From positions 125,674,001 to 125,738,000 of the forward strand of contig OZ024742.1 of NCBI GenBank assembly GCA_964016885.1: a stretch of 64,000 bases of DNA. The letters are read 5' to 3'. Position numbers and translations under genes: made by a program. This stretch comes from Eledone cirrhosa. Lineage: Eukaryota. Positions 52,629 through 64,000 of this stretch are shown here, one piece after another. Under the pieces are notes generated by a model that saw only the letters and a list, made by a program, of their open reading frames with translations, did no database searches and was not told the origin of the DNA. How positions within the stretch are numbered: position 1 is the first letter of the stretch; every line of letters begins with the position of its first letter.

Positions 52629-53011
52629 GACACACATATACATATATATACATATATATATATACATATATACACATATATACACACATACGCATACATA
52701 GATACATACATATATACACATATATATATATATATATATATATGTATATTTATATATATATTTATATGTACATATATATACATATATATACACACATACA
52801 CATACACATACGCATATATATATAGACACATACACACATACACACACATATATATCTACATATATACACATACATACATACATTCACACATATATACACA
52901 TATGTGTCAATATATATATATATATGTGTGTGTATGTACATATATATATATATACACATACATACACACATACATACATACAAGCACATATATATACATA
53001 TATATATACAT

Positions 53012-53072
<61 letters not shown>

Positions 53073-53445
53073 CATATATATATATATACATATATATACA
53101 CATGCATATATATATATATACATATATATACATATATATACACATATACATATATATATATATATATACATATATATAAATATATATATATATACATATA
53201 CACACATATACACATATATATATACATATATATATATACATATACATATATACATATATATATACGTATATAAAACTATATAGATATATACACACACACC
53301 CATGTATATATATATATATACACACACACATATACATATACATACATATATATACACATATATATATATACACATATATACACATATATACACAGATTCG
53401 CATACATAGATACATGCATATATACACATATATATATATATATAT

Positions 53446-54107
53446 GTCGTCGGCAAATTCAGCATCCGATACCTTTTGCGCCCTAACTCTCCTGCTCTCA
53501 GCCGGTGCCACAGTAAAGCCAGAGTCCTGGTGTTTCTCCAGTGCAAGGCGCATACAATAGTCCACTACGATGATAAAAAGGTAGGGAGCCAATGTATCTC
53601 CCTGGAGCACTCCAGCCAGCATCTCAAAGAACTCTGTCATCCCATCAGGTGTAATGACTTGGGCTTTGGTGTTGGTGTAGAGCAGTGATACCAGGTCCAC
53701 TATCTTCTTGGGGATTCCCTAAGCCTGTAAGATCTTCATCAGGCAGTAACGGTCCACAGAATCAAAGGCCTTCCTAAAGTCATTGAAAACCATTGAGGAT
53801 GAAAAACTCAGAGCTGTATGGGAGCATCCCAAAAGTCAGCTCAAAAGTGACACAGAAGAGACTGAGGTTAGCTGGACATGCTCACCGACATCCAGAGTTG
53901 ACATTGCACTCAGTGCTCCTTTGGGAGCCCCTACATGGACACACGAGAAGAGGAAGACCAAGGTTAACGTATGTTGATGCCCTAAGGACAGACACTGGTC
54001 TATTGGAGACGCAGGACATGGCAGCGATAATGAGGGACAGAGACCGCTGGAGAGAACTCGTCCATGGATCTCGGGAATTTTACCCGCCTTAGAATAGAGA
54101 ATAGAAT
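53446..54107. mobile_element. RTE-like LINE insertion with 5' inversion (minus-strand RT 53446-53782, plus-strand 3' end 53783-54107)
   Basis: Minus strand DFRKAFDSV...[13 protein letters not shown]...FADDI. Plus strand RLRLAGH..RHPE...GRPRLTYVD, with a TAGAATAGAGAATAGAAT tail. Confidence 0.9.
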
Positions 54108-54126
54108 ATATATATATATATATATA

Positions 54127-54273
54127 TATACGATATTAAATAAATGGAAACTATATTTATTAAACCATATTTATTTCACTATACATATTTCATTAATTTG
54201 GCATCCCTGAAATATGTATAGTGAAATAAATATGGTTTTATAAATATAGTGTCCATTTATTTAATATCGTATA
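54127..54273. repeat. Foldback inverted repeat (66-bp arms, 15-bp spacer) in (TA)n
   Basis: TATACGATATTAAATAAATGG...TATTTCA paired with TGAAATA...CCATTTATTTAATATCGTATA. Confidence 0.9.
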
Positions 54274-54359
54274 TCTACTCCAAAAACTTGTCGAGTGCTT
54301 TATATCAGTTATAAAATATTTACTTGTTGTATCCCAACAATTCTAAATAGAACTTTTGC

Positions 54360-54538
<179 letters not shown>

Positions 54539-54848
54539 TATACATATATATACACACATACACATACACATACGCATATATATATACACACATACACACA
54601 TACACACACATATATATATATACAGATATACATATATATATATATATATACATACATATATATATACAATATATATATATATACATATATACACATACAT
54701 ACATACACACATATATACACATATGTGCCAATATATATATATGTGTGTGTATGTACATATATATATACACATACATACACACACATACATACATACAAAC
54801 ACATATATATACACATATATATATACATATATATACATATATATACAC

Positions 54849-54880
<32 letters not shown>

Positions 54881-54884
54881 ATAG

Positions 54885-54921
<37 letters not shown>

Positions 54922-55194
54922 TATACATATATAAAAACATACATACACACACATATATATATACACACACACATACATATATATATATATAAACATACAT
55001 ACACACACACATATATATACATACAAATACATACACATATAAACACATACACACATACACACATATACACACATATATATATATATACACACACACATAT
55101 ATATATATATATAAACATACATACTCACACACATATATATACATACAAATACATACACATATAAACACATACACACATACACATATACACACAT

Positions 55195-55245
<51 letters not shown>

Positions 55246-55522
55246 AACATACACATAGATGCCCATATGCAGGTACATATGAACGCACGTACACACAACC
55301 ATACGCATACAAACGAACAGCCTCTCATTCAAGTACGTACATACAAGTACTCATAAATCTACGCATATTCGCAGGCACATAAATACAGCTCTACAAACAG
55401 AAATTGCAGATAGGTAAGAGGTACTTACATGACCAGGTCGAGAAGGGGTTGGGGTAGGGTGTGATGGAGGTAGAGGGGGTATTTTGTCGAGTGGGGTTTA
55501 AAAAAAAAAGATGAAATCTTTT

Positions 55523-57572
55523 TTACCCATCTGGCATTAACATTGGCTTAAGGTATTTGAAAGTTGCAAAGTTTTTGTGCATGCAGTTCGGGCAGTGTTC
55601 AGAGATTTTGTTCAGTAGCGAATAATATTTCGTAGCTCTCTCAGATACAAAGGCCGCAGCACTTGTGTCCTCGGTTGTATGGGCGCTTTCTGGAGTATTT
55701 TCCATTTAAGCGTGAAGGGGGTGGAGTTCCTTTTGAGGTCCCAAACATAGGAGGCGAGTGTTGTCTGATTAGATTTGTCCGTTCCACTGAAGGAGTGGTT
55801 ATGGGCATACCACCGGGTCTTAAAGTTATTGGAAGTCATGCCGATGAAATTCTTTTTGTTGTTGCAATCATCGGTGCCTGAGATGACATCGCATTTGTAT
55901 ACGATATCATTTGTCAGGCATTTGTGTTCAAGTGGGCAGGTTTCCTTATTTATTCAATTGCACAAGGCCTCAGTCTGGGGATTGGGTTCGGAGGTGGTTG
56001 GCTTATTTAATTTTTTAGAATTGAGATTGGCTATATTCCTAGCTAGTTTAGGTGTAGTGGAGTAGGAGAGTCTTATTGTGTTCTTATTAAAGATGGTGTA
56101 GTGCCTATGTTGTATGGGGAAGTGTGTGTTCAGCAAAGTGAAGAAAATCCTAGCTATAGGTGTAGAGACCTCTCTATTGAAGGGAGGGTTGTACCAGCTA
56201 ATCTGCCTATGCCTATTCCTTATATGCAGTCTAGGTAAGTTATCTTTTCTTTAAATCCGCTGCGGGCGAGGACGTCATTGTAGTAGGAGGCAGAAGCGTT
56301 AAATATATCTTCATTGGCCGAGAGGCCGGAGATTCTAATAGAGACGCTTTTTACTAAATTATCAGTGATGTTTTTGGGGTGGTTAGAATTAAAATTAATA
56401 TATCTAAGGGACTCATTAGGTTTGTGGTACGGGTAATAGAAGGAAGTATCTAGGTCAAGAGTGACATCTAAAAAGTTGGCCCTAGTCATATTAGATTCTA
56501 TAGTTATACTAAATGCTAGATTACGGAAGAACGCGCTTAAGTTTCTCCGAAACCCATCGGTGGTTCTGGGGTTAACCTTGTACAGGGCGAAGCGGCCATC
56601 GTCTCGGTATAAACCTCCGGTGAAGCCAGTAAAGAGGTTCTTCAGGTGATGTAAAATATACAGGCCCACAAGGTCGCTTATTTCAGGCGAGTCACTCGCT
56701 CCCATGCTGACGTCAAAGGGGGTCTGAGACTTTTTGTTGATCCAGTAAGATCCCTCATGGTATATATCGGTTATGGTAGTAAAGTTTCTGGCAAAAGTGC
56801 GTCCTTCAGGAGGGGCTCTGAGATAGAAACATAGTAGTTTTCTATGTCGAGTTGTAGGAAGCCAGTGTGGCGTTTGTCGGGTAATTCTTGGAACCAAGAT
56901 ATTGCCTCAGATGTTCTGCTCCAGAGTAGGAGTGGTGAGGCAACCCGCAATGATGGTAGAACCCTATCAAGGATCTTCTTACTGATAGAGCGATATCCAA
57001 ACGTGTGGGGTTGATAAGTCTGACTGATGGTTTGTTGAGGTAGTTTCCCTTATGGTACTTCAGGGTAAAATGCAGGGTCTTTACCCTTAAAGGTTCGATT
57101 CGGTCATGTAGTTTAAGGGACTTGGCGATTTCTTTTCCGGCCGCATTTGTCTCAGTCAATGACATCTCTGTTACTTTCTTGTAGGTGGTCGTGATGGTAT
57201 TTTTGCCAGCTTATTGTAGGTCTGTGGGTCTACCTCATAAACGTTTTGGGTTTTATCGGAGGAGACATGAAGATTGGGGGATTTTTTTATATTCCGCAAT
57301 TCAGGATTTAAGTAGGCCTGGAATGTTGTAGTGGCTCTACGAAATTTGATATCATTGATCATCTTGAAGAGTTCTTCTTCAAATGTTTCAAGTAGGCAGT
57401 TGATGGGGGGTGCCTTATTCGTTTTGAAACCAAACTTCTCATCATTGGTAGATGCTACATCAGGGTTGTCCAGGAAGAAGACTCTCCATCTAATTCAATT
57501 GATGAACTCGTCGGTACGTCTGATGAGTGTTTTTAGGTAAAGTTTCCTTGAAGGTCAAGTTTGGTCAGCATA
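55523..57572 (-). pseudogene. Degenerate Naiad-type Penelope-like element ORF (RT and GIY-YIG endonuclease)
   Basis: IRWRVFF, FGFKT, SSDKTQN.Y, RLINP, FDVSMG, LYRDDG, NFLDVTLDL, YINFNSNHP, WYNPPF, CN*..CPL..C....VYKC.V, FIGMT...FKTRW..H..SF, LLNK. Several stops and frameshifts. Confidence 0.9.
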
Positions 57573-57699
57573 GTTTCTTTGTGATGTTTATAAGGGGCAC
57601 TAAGAGTGCTAGAAGGTAAGTTATTCCGGGTTTTATCGAGGTAACCACAGTAAGTAAGGTACTCATATATAGCAGAGTATAAAAGTTTTAATATAGATG

Positions 57700-57750
57700 A
57701 GATTCTACAGGACTAGAACTGTTTCATTCTTGAGAAATCATCAGGAATCT
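57700..57750 (-). ncRNA. Type I hammerhead ribozyme in the PLE pseudo-LTR
   Basis: Minus strand AGATTC-CTGATGA-T-TTC(TCAA)GAA-T-GAAA-CAG(TTCTAGTC)CTG-TA-GAATCT; about 130 nt upstream of the ORF. Confidence 0.88.
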
Positions 57751-57837
57751 GACTGTCCAAGTAAATATGGTGGCATTTATATCTTTTCTGGTAGTAGGAG
57801 AGGGTGGGAAGTGGGATGGGTGGAAGTCATTGGTTGA

Positions 57838-58185
57838 AAGAAAAGAGAATTCATTAAAAGCTAATTCTTTAAAGCTATAATTTATATTTAGAGTGACAAA
57901 GGCAGAAATAATTCTATAAACAAGTTCAAATTCGGGTGCCACTCCTTATTTTGAGGTTTCTCTTAAGCCAACAACGCCAATATTTCAGGTATCTATAAGA
58001 TAGTTGGGGGTCAGTCATGGTTGATGGGTTTAAAGAAAAGGGAAATTCTTTAAAAAGCTAATTCTTTAAAGCTATAATTTATATTTAGATTGACAAAGGC
58101 AGAGAGAATTCTATAAACCAGTTCAAATATTGGGTGCCTGTCCTTATTGTCATGTTTCTCTAAGCTATATTTCAGGTGTCTACAG
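57838..58185. repeat. Two diverged ~190-bp tandem units upstream of the PLE hammerhead
   Basis: AAAAGCTAATTCTTTAAAGCTATAATTTATATTTAGA.TGACAAAGGCAGA at ~57856 and ~58054. Confidence 0.75.
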
Positions 58186-58403
58186 ACACATTCACATACA
58201 CACACACATATATAAATATACACATATACAAACGTATACAAAAACATATACACATATACACATATACACATATATACATACATATATATATATAGATAGA
58301 TGTGTATGTATATGTGTATATTTATATACGTGTGTGTGTATGTGAATGTATATATGTATATATATATATATATAGATAGATAGATAGATAGGTAGATATA
58401 CAC

Positions 58404-58478
<75 letters not shown>

Positions 58479-58518
58479 TAGATAGATAGATATACACATA
58501 TATATATATATATATATC

Positions 58519-58588
<70 letters not shown>

Positions 58589-58607
58589 GATATACACACA
58601 CACATAT

Positions 58608-58698
<91 letters not shown>

Positions 58699-58796
58699 CA
58701 TACATATACATATATATATACATATATATACATATATATATATATACATACATACATATATACATATATACATTTATATATATACATATATATATA

Positions 58797-59048
58797 CAAG
58801 TGACACAGAGGAGACTGAGGTTAGCTGGACATGCTCACCGACATCCAGAGTTGACATTGCACTCAGTGCTCCTTTGGGAGCCCCTACATGGACACACTAG
58901 AAGAGGAAGACCAAGGTTAACGTATGTTGATGCCCTAAGGGCGGACACTGGTCTATTGGAGAGGCAGGACATGGCAGCGATAATGAGGGACAGAGACCCC
59001 TGGAGAGAACTCATCCATGGATCTCGGGAATTTTACCCGCCCTAGAAT
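58797..59048 (+). mobile_element. Second 3' fragment of the same RTE family as 53783-54107
   Basis: Near-identical to 53845-54095; ends TAGAAT inside (TA)n. Confidence 0.9.
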
Positions 59049-59413
59049 ATACATATATATACACATACACACGCATATATATTACATATATACACACAAA
59101 TACACACGCGCACACACACATACACAAATATATATACACATATACACACATACATACATACATATACACGCACACATACATACATTCATATACACATACA
59201 TATATACACATAAAAGTATATATACATACACGTATACATACATGTACACACACAGACACACAAATAAATGATTATATACACATATATATACAAACACATA
59301 CATGTATACACAAACATTTACACACATATATATACATATATATGTATACCTACACATATACATACACATATACATACATACATACACACATATACATATA
59401 TATATATACATAT

Positions 59414-59852
59414 ATAAAATATTAAAAAAATAATGAATAAAACAATGAAACAGTTCCTTATATTAAACAAAAAAAGTTCATTATTTAACGATCGTTTCTA
59501 GGATATATATGTGTTAGAATTGGCATGCATATTCAACAGATCTATGTACAAAATTATACAAAATTATACAAACTATCAAGATTAAATATACATACCAAAC
59601 ACACATATATGCCGTCTTCGGAAATAATGAAATATATTTATTGATAATAACAACAATATATGTGTGTTTGGTATGTATATTTAATCTTGATAGTTTGTAT
59701 AATTTTGTATAATTTTGTACATAGATCTGTTGAATATGCATGCCAATTCTAACACATATATATCCTAGAAACGATCGTTAAATAATGAACTTTTTTTGTT
59801 TAATATAAGGAACTGTTTAATTGTTTTATTCATTATTTTTTTAATATTTTAT
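59414..59852. repeat. Near-perfect foldback inverted repeat (197-bp arms, 45-bp spacer)
   Basis: 59414-59610 is the reverse complement of 59656-59852, with about one mismatch. Confidence 0.93.
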
Positions 59853-59986
59853 CTTGACTCTGTATTCCGTTTATCTTTCACCGAAAGTGATTTTTCATTG
59901 CATCTCTTCTTTCCATGATATCCGGACTACATTGAGTTCTTCATACGGATTGGACACTACCGTAAACTCTTGGTAGATTTATCTAC

Positions 59987-60059
<73 letters not shown>

Positions 60060-60264
60060 CACATGTTCATATATACACATACATATATATATATACATAT
60101 ATATATATATACACACATACACATATATATACATACTTACACATATACATATATATATACATATGTATATACATATATATATATATATTCATACAGGGAT
60201 ATACATATATACACACACACATACACATATATATATACATATACATATGTATACATACACATAC

Positions 60265-60331
<67 letters not shown>

Positions 60332-60502
60332 TATATACATATATACACACATACATACACACATACATATACACACACATATATATATATAATTACATAC
60401 ACGGATATACATATATATACACACACATACGCATATATATACATATACATATATATATACATACACATACATATATATACATACATACATACATATACAT
60501 TT

Positions 60503-60581
<79 letters not shown>

Positions 60582-60772
60582 GGTTTGAGGTTCACCACTG
60601 TATAGAGCTGGTCTATTCCGTATGGTCAATCGTAATGCAATAATATAGAGAGTACTCAACGTAAAGCAGTTCAACCGTCTTTGTTTTTGTAGTTGGTGGT
60701 GCTATTACGGAGTTAAATATTATAATGAAATGACAGGAGGCTGGATTTGTGTAAATCCTTGAAAGGTTTATT

Positions 60773-60830
60773 ATACTATGATCATTTCAATGACCGGGTT
60801 CCGTATGAATCCGGTGATATCATCAGGTAT
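60773..60830 (-). ncRNA. Type I hammerhead ribozyme (inverted copy)
   Basis: Reverse complement of 63833-63890. Confidence 0.82.
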
Positions 60831-63800
60831 TCGAAATATAATACGTGAATGTAATAGGTAAAATCCATGGGGCTGAAAATCGAGACCCGAGGGCGACCGC
60901 TATTCTGTTCCTTCACCTCAGCCGGTCGCCCTGGAGTGACGTGGCTAAATTTTATAGTATGCTACTACCGGTCAGATGAACGAAAACAGAAAGAGATGGG
61001 AGCATAGGTTAACGTCGATCCCATGACACAAGGTAAAAGAAAGAAAGAAAGGAAGGAGAAGAAGGGGGAAGAAAGAAGGAGAGAACTGCTTTACGTTGAG
61101 TACTCTCTATATTATTGCATTACGATTGACCATACGGAATAGACCAGCTCTATACAGTGGTGAACCTCAAACCTGAATAAATAACGCTCCTGAAATGTTG
61201 AGCACTTCAAAATGTAATAATCAACAGCGGCATGGGACTGAATATATCTAACCACAATTCGAACTTTGGCTACCCGGTGCTTTCGCCTGGCCCTTTGCTA
61301 CTCCCCTCACAGAATATCCGAACTTCGACGAAACTCCACGGACTGGACCATAACATGTATTGTACTGCACTGAATTAACTAAATGGCTACCCTATACTTC
61401 TGGGCATGTATAACTCACACTGAACTCCCAGACTCGAACACGCACTGTTTCCACATCTATATGCATTATCTGACTGCAACTTGAACTATATTGTATTTCT
61501 CCTGTGTCTTGAACTCTCCATTTAATAGACAACGACTCTTGTTTGTTTATTTATATCTTTACATCTTTATTTGCTGTATTAATGCTCCTCCACGTATTCT
61601 ACCTCTATACATCCATGTACTTTCTACTTCCCTTATTCGGACTTTTACTCGCGTGTACCCTCAGCACACGTCACTGGAATATTTCCCCCTGGGAACATAA
61701 ATACCGCAACCCGAACTATATTGTATTTCTCCTGTCTCTTGAACTCTACATTTACTAGACAACGACTATTGTTTGTCTATCTATATCTTCACATCTTTGT
61801 TTGCTGTATTAATGTCCTGATTTCTCCATCTTACTCCAACACCACTCTTGTTGGTTTATTTACATGTTTATACCTATATATTGATATGTTTATATATTTA
61901 TACCTCTGCTGTACCAATGTGCTCTTCCACGTATTCCACTTCTATGTATCCATGTATTTCTACCCCTCACATTGGGACCTGTACCCATTAGCTCTTCCAC
62001 GTATTCCACTTCTATGTATCCATGTATTTCTACTCCTCACATTGGGACCTGTACCCATTAGCACACGACACTAGAATGTCTCCTCCTGAGAACAAAAATT
62101 AAACATTACACGACTGTATCCCGTACTCTACATCCCACTAGGATAAATTACAGATCTACATAATACAATTAACGTTTCTTCATAAAAGACTATTTAATTA
62201 AACCCCGCAACCCAAAACCTCATAGAAGTTATTTGAATGTCTAATCTTCAATTTTCTGTTTGTTCAATTCTCAATCCTCTTACTCCTTAGTTTCATAATG
62301 TTATTCCGAATTCTTTCAACTTCATCCGATAGAGTTGAGCAAAATTCTAAAGTTCCAACTTTCTGTCGGACCGTTGGGTGGGTTTGTTCAATTCTCAATC
62401 CTCTTACTCCTTAGTTTCATAATGTTATTCTGAATTCTTTCAACTTCATCCGATAGAGTTAAGCAAAATTCTAAAGTTCCAACTTTCTGTCGGACCGTTG
62501 GGTGGGTTTTGGCGGCGGCGCGACCAGCTCCCTGGCGAACGGGCTCACCTGGAATGCTTGGAAAAATAAATTCCCCTTCTTTCAGTAAATGAAAATACTC
62601 GGCGTGGCTTAATTAGCCATGGGGCCTGGGGCGCGGCCGGTGTTTTAACCGCCAAATAGTACCTTTAAATTACAGAACAAATCGGAACTATTATATATAT
62701 CAACCTGAAACTGTTGAGCTTTAAGTTTTCTAACCTCTTTAATATGGAATATTGATTATTAATTTATTAATTTTTTAACTTCATCGTATAAGTCTAAGCA
62801 TTGTAACACACTGACCCCCAATATATTCACCTCTGCTAAGATGCGAGTCCCTGTGAAAATTTTGTCGCGCCACTCCTGGCCCGACTGTGGTGTGACATTA
62901 ATATCGACCTTCCTTCCTCTCTCTTTCTATCTTCCTTCTTGTAGCTATCAACCATTACTCTTTTACTTCTCTAAGCTAAATTTTAAAGTTCCAACTTTCT
63001 GTCGGACTGTTGGGTGGGTTTTAATGGCGGCGCGACCAGCTCCGTGGCGAACGAGCTCACCTAGAGTGCTTGGAAAAATAAATTTCCCCTTCTTTCAGTA
63101 AATGAAAATACTCGGCGTGGCTTAATTCGCCATGGGGCCCGGGGCGCGGCCGTTGTTTTAACCGCCAAATAGTACCTTTAAATTACAGAACAAATCGGAA
63201 CTATTATATATATAATTAATTGTTAAACTGTTGAACTTTAAATTTTCTAACCTCTTTAATATTGAATATTGATTATTAAATGTTTTTAACTTCATCCTAG
63301 AAGTCTAAACACTGTAAAACACTGACTCCCAATATATCCATCTCCGCTAAGATGCGGGTCCCTGTGAAAATTTTCTCGCGCCACTCCTGGCTTGACTGGT
63401 CTGACATTAATATCGACCTTTCTTCCTCTTCCTTTCTATCTTCCTTCTTGTAGCCATCAACCCTTACTTTTCTACTTCTCTCTTCCTCCCTGCAGACTTA
63501 TCTTCCTTCCCCCTCTTGCTTGCCTATATCTGACCAGTAGTAGTTACCTTCCTCTTTTAGCTGACATTAACCCTGACTTCTCTCCTTCTTTCTTCCCCCT
63601 TCTTCTCCTTCCTTTCTTTCTTTCTTTTACCTTGTGTCATGGGATCGACGTTAACCTATGCTCCCATCTCTTTCTGTTTTCGTTCATCTGACCGGTAGTA
63701 GCATACTATAAAATTTAGCCACGTCACTCCAGGGCGACCGGCTGAGGTGAAGGAACAGAATAGCGGTCGCCCTCGGGTCTCGATTTTCAGCCCCATGGAT

Positions 63801-63832
63801 TTTACCTATTACATTCACGTATTATATTTCGA

Positions 63833-63890
63833 ATACCTGATGATATCACCGGATTCATACGGAACCCGGTCATTGAAATGATCATAGTAT
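63833..63890 (+). ncRNA. Type I hammerhead ribozyme with long stem II
   Basis: ATAC-CTGATGA-TATC-ACCGG-ATTC(ATACG)GAAC-CCGGT-CATT-GAAA-TGATCA-TA-GTAT; palindromic TGATCA stem/loop III; AUA cleavage triplet. Confidence 0.82.
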
Positions 63891-64000
63891 AATAAACCTT
63901 TCAAGGATTTACACAAATCCAGCCTCCTGTCATTTCATTATATATATACATATATATATATAAATATATACATATATACACACACACACACACACATATA

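Larger units (their letters stand above)
60577..63942 (+). mobile_element. ORF-less PLE-like element with inverted 5' pseudo-LTR and hammerhead
   Basis: 60721-61085 is the reverse complement of 63578-63942, and 60577-60672 is the reverse complement of 61083-61178. Internal direct duplications; no RT ORF; flanked by (TA)n. Confidence 0.8.

Overview
This is eukaryotic, repeat-dominated intergenic or intronic DNA with no recognisable host protein-coding gene. The extreme (TA)n/(CA)n/(GATA)n load and the tRNA-derived SINE types suggest a cephalopod (Octopus-like) genome, which is an inference. 1-16.1 kb is a head-to-tail array of Tx1-group L1 non-LTR retrotransposons joined by (ATT)n tracts and interleaved with tRNA-SINEs; copy 2 (4237-10305) has intact ORF1 and ORF2. 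The rest holds decayed RTE fragments, an R4/Dong-like RLE element, Tx1 3' ends in (TATC)n, many SINEs, and a decayed Naiad-type Penelope-like element (PLE) with a hammerhead ribozyme (HHR). Most interesting: (i) three unrelated HHR-bearing families, including a ~438-bp tandem retrozyme-like repeat and a ~2.9-kb ORF-less, circularly permuted PLE-like element; (ii) a perfect splice donor on the Tx1 ORF1 stop codon whose use would fuse ORF1 to ORF2 in frame; (iii) a UGA at the conserved CxC cysteine of the Naiad endonuclease region, a possible selenocysteine; (iv) apparent partitioning of retroelement families among different microsatellite targets. All structures and alignments were read by eye.
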